From Schmidtea nova (lineage: Eukaryota), in NCBI GenBank assembly GCA_044892505.1, contig CM097882.1:247752001-247816000 (forward strand): a stretch of DNA of 64,000 nucleotides. The letters run 5' to 3'. A program made the position numbers and the translations under genes. The first letter of the stretch is position 1; every line of letters begins with the position of its first letter. The notes under the pieces were generated by a model. The model was not told where the DNA came from. It searched no databases and saw nothing but the letters and a program-made list of their open reading frames with translations. Of this stretch, positions 26,903 through 40,313 are shown one piece after another.

Positions 26903-27404
26903 TCAAGACTTAAGATCATTATAAATAATCTCCTTACCTTGGATATCTATATTATCTACAGCTATACATGAATTAGGTTGAGAGACTATTGAATTTTTTG
27001 CCTGAGGAACTTTATTTGGTGATACTTTTGATTGCTTATAGCCTTCTGGAGATTTTAAATGCTTTTCTGAAACAACTAAATCTACATTTTCATCTCTGGA
27101 AATCAAACAAGGTCTGGAAAGGATTACTTGTTTATTGCAGGAAGTTACATATCCATGATTAATATCTGAGATATTTAAATGTTAGTAAAATTATTTTTTA
27201 TTTTAATCACGTACTTGCAACGGATGAATTCGTACTGGTAAGTTTGGAGTTAGACGCAAGACTAGAATCATTTAAAATAGTTGCTTGGGAAGATGAATTT
27301 TTTTTCCGCTTGACTCGACACCAAAAAATAATTCCCAGAAGAACAAAACATAATACCAAAACAGCAGCTAGACAGCTGATAATGATTACAATATTAGGAT
27401 CCAC
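26903..27404 (-). CDS. Putative two-exon host gene for a small single-pass membrane protein
   Basis: MDPN followed by a 23-aa hydrophobic stretch and RVKRKK stop-transfer. A plausible GT..AG intron (~27210-27115) joins it in frame to ORF 26903-27106. Confidence 0.4.
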
Positions 27405-28516
27405 AATTGGAAAAATGAAAGATAAATCTGAAATTATATTTGATTTGTAGATTTTCGTTTAGTACTTTTGTATTTTGAATGAAACCTTACAATCAATATG
27501 TATGCATCAAAATAAATTTACAAACAGAACAGACACACACAAATAGACACACAACGATGAATCAGCCAATCGTATTAAGCTAAGTCTAGAGTACGAGTAC
27601 AACGTTATTATTGATTTGCTAATTGTCCAGGTATTGTTGTGTAGTGTGGGCAATATTAAATAAATTTGAATAATTATTTTGATTGTCATTGTATGTTAAT
27701 GTCGCACTGAAACAATTTATGATTATGTATTATCATTAATGTTCATTACTACATTGTTATTGTTACATTGGTATTCGCTATTTGATATATTATCTGTCAC
27801 TGGTTGGATCAAATATATTTCGTAATGTAATCTATCGCTTTGGTTATAAATATTGATTTGAACGGTTTATTGAAAAAAAACTGAAGACAAATTGGCCACC
27901 TTTTTTTGAAATTAATTAGAATTTTTTAATTACTATTTTAACTTGAATTTATTATCTAATAAATAACCAGTGTTGCGACATAATTTGCGATTCTCTCAGC
28001 ATGAATAAACTTATTTAAAGTTAGAAACCCGTTTTTCTGGAGAGACCATTCACAGATGAATTTTGCTTTTAATTCCGTTAGTACAAAAAGGCTGTGACAA
28101 ACTTGATGAACAAAACCACATTTCAAAAATTTCAACTTTTATTGAAACTGAATAAAATATGCTAAAATCTTGAATTGCTTTACGTTTTTGTTAGATACTC
28201 AGGAATTATCTCGACACCCACTTTATTAAAATTTACGTCATTTTATGAGTAAGTCTAAGGTAAGAAACTTATTTCTAGTATCGTATGGGGTAGATTAAGA
28301 ATAATAAGATTCCTTTTAAAATATATAAAATTTAAATTCTTTGAAGATAAATGTATTAGTAACCATGAAACTGGAAGATTCTTTATGAAAAGAAAACCAA
28401 CAGCAAATGATTTTCTTTTGTTTCAACATACTAAAGGTTTAACGAAGTCCATTAAATGAATGAGTGACAATATTTCAAAAAAAATTTAAAACTTAAAAGT
28501 AATTTATTAAAGACAA

Positions 28517-30451
28517 TCACTTTTCAGTGACAATATCATCAATTAATGTATTATCAATTTCCTCGGTTATCGTCTGGGAAAGATTATCAAAGTTATCTCC
28601 GGATGAAAGATTTTGAGAAAATTTCATTGATTTAATAATCATAGACTTCAGTCTACTAATGACCAATGGAGGTGGCAAGCATCCCATTGTATTTTGATTG
28701 CTGTAAGTAATTTCGTCTACTGTATCAATACTTTCAGGTTCTGAGAGAGTGCCTTTGATAATGAAATTTGTTTTAAAAGATTTATTTTTTCCAATTGGCT
28801 TGGAAAAATCCACTTCGTTAATTGTGAGAGATGGCTCTATTTTCCCCAATTTATGCTTCAAAGATAAAATAGGGATTTCTTCAGATTTGAATTTTCTTAC
28901 AAGTTTCGTTTCTTTATTACTTCGCGGATGATTCCACGATTGAATCGTGTGAGAATCACACATCAAATATTCAGGCTTGTAGGGGTTCTTTCTCACTGCA
29001 TGTTTCTTGCTAAGCATCAATTTGCTTATACTCAAAGGGCAAAGTGTGGTAGAATTTTTATTTGCCTTTTTAAATATTTTCGCTCGAAGTATGTTACTCT
29101 GCTGTAGAACTTCTAACATCGAGTCTTTACAAATCGCTATATCATTCCCATTTATCGGTCCGACCTTACAACATGGACACGAAACGGTGCTAGCGATGAG
29201 GTTGTCAGATGCTTGTAAAAACCAAATAATAATATTCGAGTCTATTAAGATATTTATTATTAACTTAGCGAGTTTAAATTTTAGATTATTTCTTTCCCTT
29301 TTTCTATTCTCCATGAGCCACAAAATGAGCAGTCCAAGACATATCGTTCTATCTAACAACAAACAAGCCGTTCTTTCTTTTACTTTTAATCTTACGATAT
29401 CGGCTTTGAAATATTTTTGCGATTCGATTTCATCTCCGGGATAAAATATCTCTTCACAAAACGCTTTGTGAGTTTCATAATTCAAAGCATCTTCGTGCTT
29501 GCAGGATTTTAGTTGGCCATGAACATAGCGGAAAAACCCTTTGCACTGAATGATTTCTAGAATTGATAAATATTTCGAGGAAAATTTGTAATTGCCCGTC
29601 TGGATTCCTCGCTTAAGGATAATCCTAAATAGCGAGCACAGGCGAATTCTTTCGATTTTCGTCGAATCGCTTTCTTGGGTCGTTGTGTTCTTTTCAAACA
29701 GCACCACCCGGAAGTGGGTTTTCCTTTTCCGATCGGAAATCACTTTGAAATATTTCCCAATGTCCAAGCCTGGCCGATCGCAGAGCATGCTAAACGCCAA
29801 ATCTAGCCCATCTTGGAAAACGTGAGTTTTCGATGAATTCGTTGATTGAATGTGATCTAAATGGTAGAATCGCTCGTTTGGATTCAAATCGCAAGACATC
29901 ATTATAGAGATTCCTTCCATAAAATTTCTCCTGATTGCTAAGGCCAGAAGGCTGATTGTGGAGAAATCTGTTATGTACTTATCTTCACCCTTGCTCCACC
30001 ATTTTTGAACAAAACACGGATCCGATATTCCATTTATGTTCATGCTAAGCATGACTCGCAACGCGAATGAATTCCGAATGTATATTGATATACCCAAAGG
30101 ATTAAGATAAAGTGAAGCTAATGGATGGAAAGCTGGAGTGTTAATGGCCATAGATTCATTATTCAGAATATTATACTGATCGGGATTATCGGGAATCTCA
30201 TAATAACTTCGCAACAATTTAAATTTCGTACTCTTGAATAGCTGGAGCCGTTTCAATCCAACCTTCGAAGACAGTGACTTCAGGATCCATTTTGTATTAT
30301 TATGCTCAAAACTATAGAAATCGTTTAACAGACATTGGTAAATATTGTTTGACGATTCTGATTCGGTCTGCTGCTTTAGCTCTAACGGGCAGATAGAAAT
30401 TGAAGTTTCTGAAATAGGATCTGAGCATTCAGTCAACCGGCTATTTGACAT
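28517..30451 (-). CDS. Uncharacterised 644-aa single-exon protein
   Basis: Long ORF in AT-rich context with ordinary globular composition; no family recognised. Confidence 0.7.
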   Translation of the reverse strand: MSNSRLTECSDPISETSISICPLELKQQTESESSNNIYQCLLNDFYSFEHNNTKWILKSLSSKVGLKRLQLFKSTKFKLLRSYYEIPDNPDQYNILNNESMAINTPAFHPLASLYLNPLGISIYIRNSFALRVMLSMNINGISDPCFVQKWWSKGEDKYITDFSTISLLALAIRRNFMEGISIMMSCDLNPNERFYHLDHIQSTNSSKTHVFQDGLDLAFSMLCDRPGLDIGKYFKVISDRKRKTHFRVVLFEKNTTTQESDSTKIERIRLCSLFRIILKRGIQTGNYKFSSKYLSILEIIQCKGFFRYVHGQLKSCKHEDALNYETHKAFCEEIFYPGDEIESQKYFKADIVRLKVKERTACLLLDRTICLGLLILWLMENRKRERNNLKFKLAKLIINILIDSNIIIWFLQASDNLIASTVSCPCCKVGPINGNDIAICKDSMLEVLQQSNILRAKIFKKANKNSTTLCPLSISKLMLSKKHAVRKNPYKPEYLMCDSHTIQSWNHPRSNKETKLVRKFKSEEIPILSLKHKLGKIEPSLTINEVDFSKPIGKNKSFKTNFIIKGTLSEPESIDTVDEITYSNQNTMGCLPPPLVISRLKSMIIKSMKFSQNLSSGDNFDNLSQTITEEIDNTLIDDIVTEK

Positions 30452-30637
30452 TCATACATGTAGGTATGCATACAGTTAAATATACTGATAAAAATAATAT
30501 TGATTCATTTTAAATCTATCAATACAACTTACAGTTTACTGACAAGATATTGTAAGGAAATGCAGCGTAACTTGGAACAGGTGGAAAAATAGCCTTTCAA
30601 AATAATTGTTTTAATCATGCAAAGACGTAAAATATTT

Positions 30638-31209
30638 GGTACTTGTACACAATTCCCCCCACATTTGACATTAATCAAAAATCAATCAAAAATTAGTCCA
30701 TTTTTATTAATTTAATTTATAATGTATAAAAGACCTATGTTTAATCTTCAAACACTTACATACAGAGAATTATATACAATTATTGCAACAGAAGAAAGCA
30801 CTATTGAGTACTGTACGCAGATTGGTCTACTACCATCGCATAAAAGCTGTATATGCAATTCCCCGATGTCACTTCGTCACCGAACTGACCAAAAAACAAA
30901 GGATTTTATTGGAGATGTCCTGCCCGCTTATGTAGAAAAGAAATTTCTTTGAAATCCGACACTTTTTCGCCCAGAGTAATTTATCATTTTCAAAAATATT
31001 TGAATTACTCTATTTTGTCGCTCGTGACAATCAAGTCCAGGATGAATTACATTATCAATTACTATTGGTTGTTTGATGTTATTAAATGTTTTAATAATTT
31101 TAATAAATGTTTTTTAATTAATGTAAAAGCATGATTTTTTGATTGATTTTTGATTGATTTTTGATTAATGTCAAATGGGGGGGGGGGGGGGGAATTGTGT
31201 ACAAGTGCC
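30638..31209 (+). mobile_element. Non-autonomous Merlin (IS1595-like) DNA transposon with 8-bp TSD AAATATTT
   Basis: TIR GG(T/C)ACTTGTACACAATTCCCCC... of ~60 bp. TSD at 30630-30637 and 31210-31217. Transposase N-terminus GLLPSHKSCIC...GFYWRCPARLCRKEISLKSDTF. Confidence 0.8.
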
Positions 31210-34200
31210 AAATATTTTTAGCAATTTTTTGATCTTTTTAATCTACAAAACTAATGCTAATAGAATTTGAAAACAGTGCTGGGTTTGAATAAATTAAGAA
31301 AAAAACGCGTAAAAAATTGTACAAGATAATTATTTTGGAAACAACAACCACAGAAAACCTCTCAGTCCTGTCGATTTAACCATGCAAATAGTGATGAAAG
31401 TTTCGATCTAAACAATTCTGATGATGATACCTTAGTAATATTGATACTCTATTATCGAAAAACACCTATACTATATAACAGGACATTATATATCTATCTG
31501 GCGACATATGAGGTGCAGACGGTTCAGAAACTCGACTTGACTAAATATCCAACAAATCAAAAGTACTGTTGGGCTGAGACAAGAACAAGTTTAAAAATTA
31601 TCACAATAACAATCAGGAAAACTTGATACAAATAGTGATAAATAAAATAAAATAGAATTTAGAATATAGGAATAAAAAGAATAAAGAATAAAATGAATGA
31701 GTAAATAACAAGAATTAAATAATAAAAACAGAAATTAAAACAAAGAATTTGAAAGAGCCAAAGACACCGATAGCACAATTGCGAAAGGAAAGAAAATAGT
31801 TAAATTTAAACCAGTTGTTAATAAAATAAATAAATTAGGTTAAAAATAAAATAAAACACTTAGGTAAAATAACCAATTAGTAATGGTTAATTGGAATGAA
31901 ATAAAACTGAGAGATTGCTTAGTTGATTAGTTGATCACCTACTGCAAAACACCATATAAACAAATTGCAAATCAGTGTAAAAAAATAATTCAACAACTTA
32001 ATGGTGGGTTACTGGTAAACTGAACTTTTACGAATGCGGCTCGAAACTCAATAACCTCGCATAAAACCTTACAGGACCATATTATTACCAACTGCATATT
32101 GTTGAGTTTTTGGGTTGTTTGTGGAATTTGAAATTTACTAATTAATTCTCTGACTCCAAAGCGTGCTTAATTAGATTCACAAAACAACAATTTTCAGACA
32201 ATATAAACCTTTATTTGTCATCACAGTTGACTACACAATTTACAATGAAACGATCAATTCAAAAACAAAAAAGGCAAATATACAGAGCTTATTAAAACAC
32301 TTCGTGAGGAATAACCCTAATGTATAATACCTAGGATACAGCAATAGCTGACCATTGATCCTGATTCAATAATTGGCAATTTATTTCGGTTGTTTTCGTA
32401 CTTTGACTTGATATTTTATTCAATGTAATTTTACTCTTCTAATTCTCGTTTGCCTCGTTCACTTTATCTTCTCAATACAATTTTTCGAATATTGTGACTC
32501 TAATTTATCCAAGCTAATTTCTTTTCGCTAATACAATTTTCTCTCCGATACAATTTTAATTTAAAATGTTTCCCAATTTAAACTTTTGATTCAACTACTG
32601 TGGCTTTCCCTCTTTTAGCTCCTCATTTTGTGGCTCTCGAGATAAATATTTTCCCAGTTTTTGCCTCCAACATACTTCACATTTTCTCCTAGCTCCTTCA
32701 TTATCTCTTACATCTGTCAAAATATGCTGTTTCTTTTATTTTTGTTATTCTGCTCTTTTTTCTGTATTCCTGATATCTCTGATAAGCTGTCAAGATACAA
32801 ATTTTCTTCTTGTTTTTGTTTTACAATTTTGGAATTCCTTTCTGTTTTTGTACTTGTTAATTATTAATTACCTGTTTCTGCTTTATTGTTTGATTTTTTT
32901 AAATTTTATTATTTTCCCTCATATTCTTAATTTTTTGCACGTTCTTCTTCTTCTCCAAGTTCCAGAAGATCGTCTCAATTATTTTATTTATTTATGATGT
33001 TATTTAATTTTATTATTTAGTTATCTTCAACATAATTCTACAATTTAAATAAAAGAAGTTAGTACTTGTTTTCTGACACACCTGTACACAAAGTCATTAA
33101 AACGGACTCAAATATTGTGACCCGTCATCTATAAATACCACTATCAATTCGTGAAAATTAATTTCTTCTAACAAGTTATCATCCAGATACCATTTGGTTA
33201 CTTGGAGATCTTATTATCAACTACGTCCAAACTACACTTCTCCGTAAGTTTTTATCAATTATAATATCTTTACCATTCAACGGGTTAATCGAAATTAGCA
33301 CATACTTTACATAGAAACTCCCAGAGTTAGTTATGGGTAAATTACTTCCTACCCTAAATGTCAGTAAAATCTTTGCGGAATCGAAATTTAACATTATCGT
33401 CAATGACTGTGAAAACTGGACAATTTTTGGCTGAACATCGTAGGCTAGATCAGAAACATTAGATTGTTATACACGTAAGTGAAACAATAAATGAAAACTT
33501 CTCATGAATGAGTTTTCAAACCTGGATAAGTAAAATAATGATGCAAATATTTTTAAAAAAAGTTTTTTGAATCTCAAAGTTTATTTTTTCTTGAGTTGAA
33601 TGTAGATTTAATGTTAAAGTAGATAAATATAAATTAAAATGAGAATAAAGTTCGAATATCAAAGAGAAGGGACCTAGGACGATAAAGAGTACCAAATTTT
33701 CTATCGGTTGTACCTAAACCCATTAAATGACTGGACATAAGCAGTCGCGAAGATGCATCTCATTTTTTGCAGGCATATTTTACCACTTGTTTTAGTTCAA
33801 ACGTTGACTAGAAACGGATGCCAAAAGGAGATAGTTAATTTTATGACACTTAAGTGGTCAAGTGAGTTTCTATTGAACTTTGTAGATAATTTAATTGAAC
33901 CACTTACGAGCGTAACAGTACTAACATAATTACCGGAGAGTACTTTAGGGTAGACTTGCGAGGTCAGTTGTATTTAATGAAGGTGTCTAGGTTACACTAA
34001 CCCTTGCAACAATAAAAATTTAGCAATCCCTATACCAATATTATTAATCACAATTTTTGATTTCCTTAATTTTTGTTATTGTCTCATTTCCCGTTTATTT
34101 TTCTTTCCTGTTTCTAAGAGTTCTGCCACAACATTCCCTTTATTCTTATCTATTTCCCCATTTTTTACGTATTTTTAGTTATTTTATTTTATTATTTAGG

Positions 34201-34825
34201 AATTCTCAACAATATTTGAAATATGTTCTATTAAATTAATTTCTTATTATCATATATTTTTTTTATCTATGACTTTGATTTTTTGATTTTATATGCTAAT
34301 TATTAAATAAACTTCAAATATATTTTAAATATATTTTAAAACTCTTTTATAATAAATTTTGTCATTCTATTTGTTTAAATAAATCTATTTTATCCGCGTA
34401 TAAAAAATGTTTGCCGAAGATATTCAAGTAATAAGGTAAAAAATTAATTTTATTTTTGTACAATGTTTGAAATAACGTGCATTTATTAAACTTTAAAGTG
34501 ATGAAGATTACAGTCTGAAATTTTTAGAATACACTTCAAAATTAGTTTTATCCGAAGATTGGTTGTCATCAAAGTATATGTGCATTTCCATGACAAATAA
34601 TTATTTATTTTCTTATTAGAGATTTATATCTTAAAATATTTAATTACGGGCGAAATATTTTAAAAAAATTTGATAGAAAAACTTCATTTATATTTGTTGT
34701 TTTAAAAGGCATGTAAAAATTTTATAATTTTCAATAATAAATATTAAAAAATTTCATTTTAGTATTAAAAACGATTCGAGTTGAATGCGCTAGGTAAATT
34801 ATTTCACTTTATTTTGAGTGTTATT

Positions 34826-35729
34826 ATGATGAAATGTGTTAGAATATTGAGTGGAAATCCTGAATTAGAAGAGCAATTAACGGTGAGATTAAGACTAAAA
34901 TAAATCATGACAATTTCTTAATTGTAATAACTTTGTTTTTGTGTTTCAGAATCAATTGTTTGCCGAAACCAAAATCGAAATAGGTGAAGTGTCGCGATCA
35001 ACATTAAAAGATTACCTATCAGAAGCTCTTTCTGAGCTGACCAATGAGATAACTGACGGCCCGATATCAATGGAAGAATACGGAATGAAAGCCATTCTCA
35101 ATGATGATTCAATTTTAACAATAGGCTATTCGAAACTGGTTTTTAGAATATTAAAGTGCGCTGTTGATAGCGGAAAGAAACTGTCAGTGATTGTGCTAGA
35201 AGGATATCCATTGAAAGGGGTTGGAATTATTTATCGTTTCTGGTAATAGTTATCAATTATTCTCTCTCGATAATAGGCAGCACAAATGGCTTATAAACTC
35301 GGTAAGCTCGATGGAGTTTCGGTTATTGTTGCGTCTGAGCGGTCGTCGTTTACGTTACTTTCAAAGGTTGATAAAGTGTTTGTTGAAGCTGATACTGTGT
35401 TTGCCGACGGGGGGCTGTTGTGTCGGTCGGGGGTCCATCAGATTTGTCTCGATGCGAAATTGAAATCAGTGCCGGTTTATATGTGTTTGTTGTCGTCTCG
35501 ATTGTCTCCTTTGCTTTCTGTTGATTACAATGAGAACTCATTGGAAACTAGGACAACTAGTCATTCAGCCGATGAGATTTGCGCGTTTCATCGAACAGAT
35601 TTGATGTCACCGGACCTCATTAGTAGCCTGGTCACCGATATAGGGTCTTTGCATCCCTCTCAATTCATGTCCATGACCAAGGATTACTTTCGTTCCGATG
35701 ACGTCAGCGATTTCTTGGCGGTTTTCTGA
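34826..35729 (+). CDS. EIF2B2: Translation initiation factor eIF-2B subunit beta-like (exons 34826-34882, 34950-35219, 35277-35729)
   Basis: SILTIGYSKLV, VIVLEGYP, SKVDKVFVEADTVFADGGL, DLMSPDLISSLVTDIG align by eye to the eIF2B beta C-terminal domain. Two short GT-AG introns (67 and 57 bp) keep the frame. Confidence 0.75.
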
Positions 35730-36737
35730 AATAAATTCTCTGCGGGTTTTTGAATTGTTTATATTTCTATTGTACACGTTGCATTAAATTTGTTGGATTT
35801 TATTTATCAATGATTTCTCGCACTGCCCGATTACATTTGGAATCTTATCATAAGGGATTGTCCATAGAGGGCGTATGCAAAGGGGAGACAAAGAGGTTCA
35901 AATGCGGGCGAGGGAGGGGTGAGATGGAACTTGAGGACGTCCCAGCTCTTGCTTTATGCGTTGGGCCTATTACGTATATGTAGTATGTTTAATACCTTAA
36001 AATTGCAAACGGACATTATGGGCAATTTGTTTGTTTGTAATTTGTCCGATTCGCGCTTCAAAATATATTATTTTGAATGTTCTGGCAATAATACATGTGC
36101 CTAGGTCAGAGACACAGGGGTTCATTGCATCATTGGCCCATATGAACTTTTGCAGCAGCCTCATTCGGTCTGTCTATAAAGAAAGCCTTACCCTGTCTGA
36201 CCGCGTGACTCTAGAGCTAGAACAATACATAGTAGAAACTGCATGTAAACTGTTAATTGGTGCAAATTTAATCAATCAATAACACCCAATAATAAATTCC
36301 ACGCACAAAAAAATGTGCTTTTATTTTAATTATATTGATTTTTACCAATTTTAAAAATATAAAATTAATTTTCAAAACTCGACTTTCAATTTGCGAGAAA
36401 ACCAAGAGGAGTATTTTAAGATTTATTTTTCATTTTAAAAGTAATTAGAATCGACTCCATTTATCGTTGACACACGTGTGTGATAACCGATAATTATTCA
36501 TGTAAGACAAGACTTCTGAAACATTTTTCATTCACGACACCATTTAAAAAAAAATAAAGATATATAATTATTTTGTGATTTATTGATTAGGTTTAGAATT
36601 TGTTTAGAAAAATATTAAATTAAAAATTGAACAAAAAATTGTATTTATTATAGTTACAAAAATTATATGCTCTATTTTTCATCAAAATTTTATTTTAAAT
36701 TCGTGTATTTAAATATTTTACATTTCTATCTCGCGAC

Positions 36738-38106
36738 CAATGTTCCCTCTAAGCCATAAGTAGCAGTGCGCGCAAAGTCAGCTGCGCTGAGCAGCCTTTA
36801 AATACAAGTGAGCAGTAAAAATGGTATAACGTGTTTGTAAGAGTTTTAAAACGACACTACAAGTATAACACTGTTATTATGCACTTTATTATTACACTGA
36901 AGAGTTTTAAATATTTAAAATGAACTACATAATAATTATGTGTATTGAAAATTCGTAATGTTTTATAATTAAGATGTTAATTGGAAGGTGAAAATAAAAT
37001 ATAAAAATAGTATATTCTCAGCACATTTAGAAAAATGAAGATGGAAGGACGTCTAACTTGTGTCTTCTGATTTTTCCATCTTTCCAAAATTTATACACTG
37101 AATCGAGATCGACATTTTGACCGCCTATGAGATAAAATTTAATCCTCATCAGCATATCTAGGTGCACCACCTCCAGTCTGTTTCGCAATTTAGTTTTAAT
37201 GTTGTTCATCAAACTGAATCCACGTTCTGCGTCTGCACTAGATGCTTGAAACGTACCACAAATATCATTGTTGCAAATTTTTCTTCCGATAGTACATAAG
37301 TAATAACGTCTGCAAAAGTTTTTAGTGTTCCTGTTTTCAATTTCTCGATCAAAACAAATTTAAATTCAGCATATTCTGCTCTGATAACTTCCTTAAATTC
37401 TTTCTTCTCAATGTTATCATCGTTGGTTGATAGAAAATATTCATACTTTTCGGCCAATTTTAGCACATCATCATTTCCAAATTCAAATGTATTGTGTGCT
37501 TTTATTGTTTGGGTATCAAATGCCATCAATTCTTTTAGTTCTCCTTCCGGAAATCTATCTTGCAAATGATTACAAACTCGTTCAATAAATGGCAGTATCG
37601 TCGAATTATCGACATCTTTATATCCTTCTTTTGAAAGTAAATCGCCGACCTCCTTGCTCCAGCTTATTCCCCCTTCTAAATATTGCGATTTCAATTTGTT
37701 TTGCGATTTCAATCTTTGCTTTGGCAAACTGAACAGCTTCAATTGTTGTAATGCAGCTCCTCTGAAAAACACAAAACAGCTCCGCAAGTTCAGCTAGAAC
37801 GTCGTTTAAAATGAGAATTGCAACATGAACTTGATGGTCTCTCAGCTTCTTAAGGACGAATTTAGATACCGGATCGTTATCAGCATCCACATGTTTTGTG
37901 AAATATTCTATTGCGGCAGAATAATTACGAACCAAAGCTTTCACCGCAAAATGCCGCGACAACCATCAAACCTCATTAAGCGGCCTAAACGAGACACAAT
38001 CGTGGTCGGCCACATTAGATAATTCTCGAAATTCGGATTTCTTCACACTTGATCGACTAAACAATGTATATATTGTTCGAAGCAATAATTCAATGTCCAT
38101 CATCAA
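36738..38106 (-). mobile_element. hAT element (ZNF862-like transposase, frameshifted), 3' part; interrupted by the giant LTR element
   Basis: TIR-like CAATGTTCCCTCTAAG at 36738. Transposase pieces include MMDIELLLRTIYTLFSRSS and the dimerisation-domain end MNNIKTKLRNRL. Confidence 0.8.
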
Positions 38107-39509
38107 TGCTGGTGTGTTGGTTAGATTGACAACTGAGATCCTTATGATTTTATACGTTAGGGTGATCTCGCCAACATAAAAACATTCCCCCGCTGACACC
38201 CATGATGTATCCCTAACTACTCATCATGTTGGTACTGTGTCAACGTTGTGAAATGACAAGGCAGGTGAGCAACCTTTCGGCTACTATTCCCTTGTTTATT
38301 CACGGGTCCACCACTACCGATAGAAGGTGTCTGTGGCTTTCTTTCGGTCCCACTTATGCTCTTTACTTTTCTCTAGGGTTGATTCAATGTTATTACATCT
38401 GCGGCTTTAAATGAATCCGAGTTTTAGTTATATTCCATTCTCAGTCATTCCACAAACAAACAAGACAAGTCAAATCATTCATTTTATACATTTATTTGTA
38501 GTTCAACAATACAGAGGGTCGGATTACATTTAGTAGTTCTTGCTCGGATAGACCACGATGTTACGCTTTACCTATCTCGATTCTCATCGACTTTTGATGT
38601 ACCAGCACTCCTTGAAGGTACACCCCCTCGTCAAGATACCTCATGTATATATCTTCCCTTGCGAAATGAGCTTCACCTTGATTTGATTTATGACCATTAA
38701 CTGTCACTCGATACCCTATCATCCTGATGTATAGCGTTTATACTAGACCGCCTCTACTTTGATTTAGTTCATGATCATTAGGTCTTACTCGATACCCTAT
38801 GTGCAGTTAACTCCTTCCGCTTTCCAAATATTTAATACACTTATGGTCCCGCCGCATCAGCACCTCACAACCGAAAGATTGTGTTGCGCTGAGAGGCCCC
38901 AAGAATCCGTCAGGCTGTTAGGCCTCCGGAAAACCTTATGGATTTTAATATGATTAACAATTATAATTATGAGGGTTTAAAAGACTAAAACAACATGAAT
39001 TACCTTTTATTCCTTTTCCAAATTCGTTTCACAATGTTCTCGGTAGTCACAAACAGTTCACACTTGGTAAAGATAACATTGTCAAATACTGATTTGACTT
39101 CAGTATTTATACTGAACCGGTGTTGTTGGTTAGCCAATCAGCATCGAGTATGTGTGTATGTCTGCTTCATTTTTTATGTTGTCGGCTTTTTGCTGCCTAA
39201 CTTAACTCGCCGATTTGTTTGGTTAATCATGCGGTAAGTTTTTCTTAGTCATCAATTTATTTTATTTTATTTTTGTTTTAGGTCTTTGGTGACATCCGCC
39301 CACGCGCTGTCATATTCCAATTTTTCTGCTTCGCATGAGTGAGTTTTGAAGATTTTTGTTGTTTGATTTATATTTTATTTCTTTTAGATGTTGCCGCCTA
39401 TTTTGTTACGCTTTGGTGTTGGTAATTTATTTTGTTGTTATTCTGTATTTAATTTATTTTATTGATTGTATATTATTTTCAGATGCTGCTCGATTTGGCT
39501 GGCCCAACA
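38107..39509 (-). repeat. 3' LTR (1403 bp)
   Basis: Direct repeat of 62402-63804; three short ORF translations inside the two copies are identical. Confidence 0.97.
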
Positions 39510-39530
39510 TCACTCGGGGTCCCCTAAAAT
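39510..39530 (-). promoter_or_regulatory. Candidate polypurine tract region (minus strand TTTTAGGGGACCCCGAGTGA)
   Basis: Position directly before the 3' LTR; only partly purine-rich. Confidence 0.4.
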
Positions 39531-39684
39531 TGCGTCCCGCAATTACATGCATATACCTACATCAACATACATAAAAAGTTCGTGACAGAACTTACATGTA
39601 AAACCACATAAGGTGGTAGCTTTCATACCCATTTATACAAAGTCACACATTGTCATTGTCATGTTTTTATTGTTTATACACAGT

Positions 39685-39906
39685 TCAATGTTTCTGGCTC
39701 ATAGGGGTTGATTTTCCGGTCCTTTCACTGGTTGACTGCATTTCGTATCGGGCTTGAATTTGTCGTAGATGACTTCTCATCCTTTGTTGGGTTTTTGCTT
39801 CTCTTTTGGCGCATCTACACATTATCATTTGCTGTTGTTTGAGGCTTCTGATTCGATATAGGGTATATGTAATCACGATGATCAAGATGATTGTTAATAT
39901 CGTCAT
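39685..39906 (-). CDS. Small 73-aa N-terminal TM protein (accessory ORF)
   Basis: MTILTIILIIVITYTLY followed by a basic tail; co-oriented in the cassette. Confidence 0.55.
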   Translation of the reverse strand: MTILTIILIIVITYTLYRIRSLKQQQMIMCRCAKREAKTQQRMRSHLRQIQARYEMQSTSERTGKSTPMSQKH

Positions 39907-39987
39907 TGTAACTATTTCGACGATGATCCATCTGTTTCGGATTTCGGATTCGATTTGGGTTTGCCCTTTGATTGGCTTTAGCTGATC

Positions 39988-40239
39988 TTAGAATGTTTTA
40001 TGGATTTCTCGGATCTTCTCGATTTGATCGAATAGGGTTTGTAAGGGTTTGCGATGATCATGACTGATTCGCATTTGTCGGGTTAATTGTTTCAAGTCTT
40101 CTCTGACTTCATTTAGTTGTTTTTCGATCTCCTGGAATATTTCGTTTGACAGGGTTCTTTGAATTTCTGTTGTCGAACAGTTCGTGATTGCTGCTGTTAA
40201 CATAATAGTTAGGATTGGTAGGGTTTTGAGCCAGTTCAT
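39988..40239 (-). CDS. Small putative secreted coiled-coil protein (accessory ORF)
   Basis: Likely ATG at MNWLKTLPILTIMLTAAITNC (signal-peptide-like), then a heptad-rich helix. Confidence 0.55.
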   Translation of the reverse strand: MNWLKTLPILTIMLTAAITNCSTTEIQRTLSNEIFQEIEKQLNEVREDLKQLTRQMRISHDHRKPLQTLFDQIEKIREIHKTF

Positions 40240-40313
40240 TTTCTGATTATTCCACTGATTAATACATGTTACATCGATTTGTACATTTTTACACACGGAT
40301 TTTTCGCCTCGTT

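Noticed and set aside
38102-38106. 5-bp TSD ATCAA for the giant element
   Set aside because: It requires dropping the terminal A of the CA end; a 4-bp TCAA with canonical TG...CA and TG(C/T)TGG inverted ends is more parsimonious.
38226-39237. Short ORFs within the LTRs (also 62521-63532)
   Set aside because: Short, antisense to the element, no motifs; used only as evidence of LTR identity.
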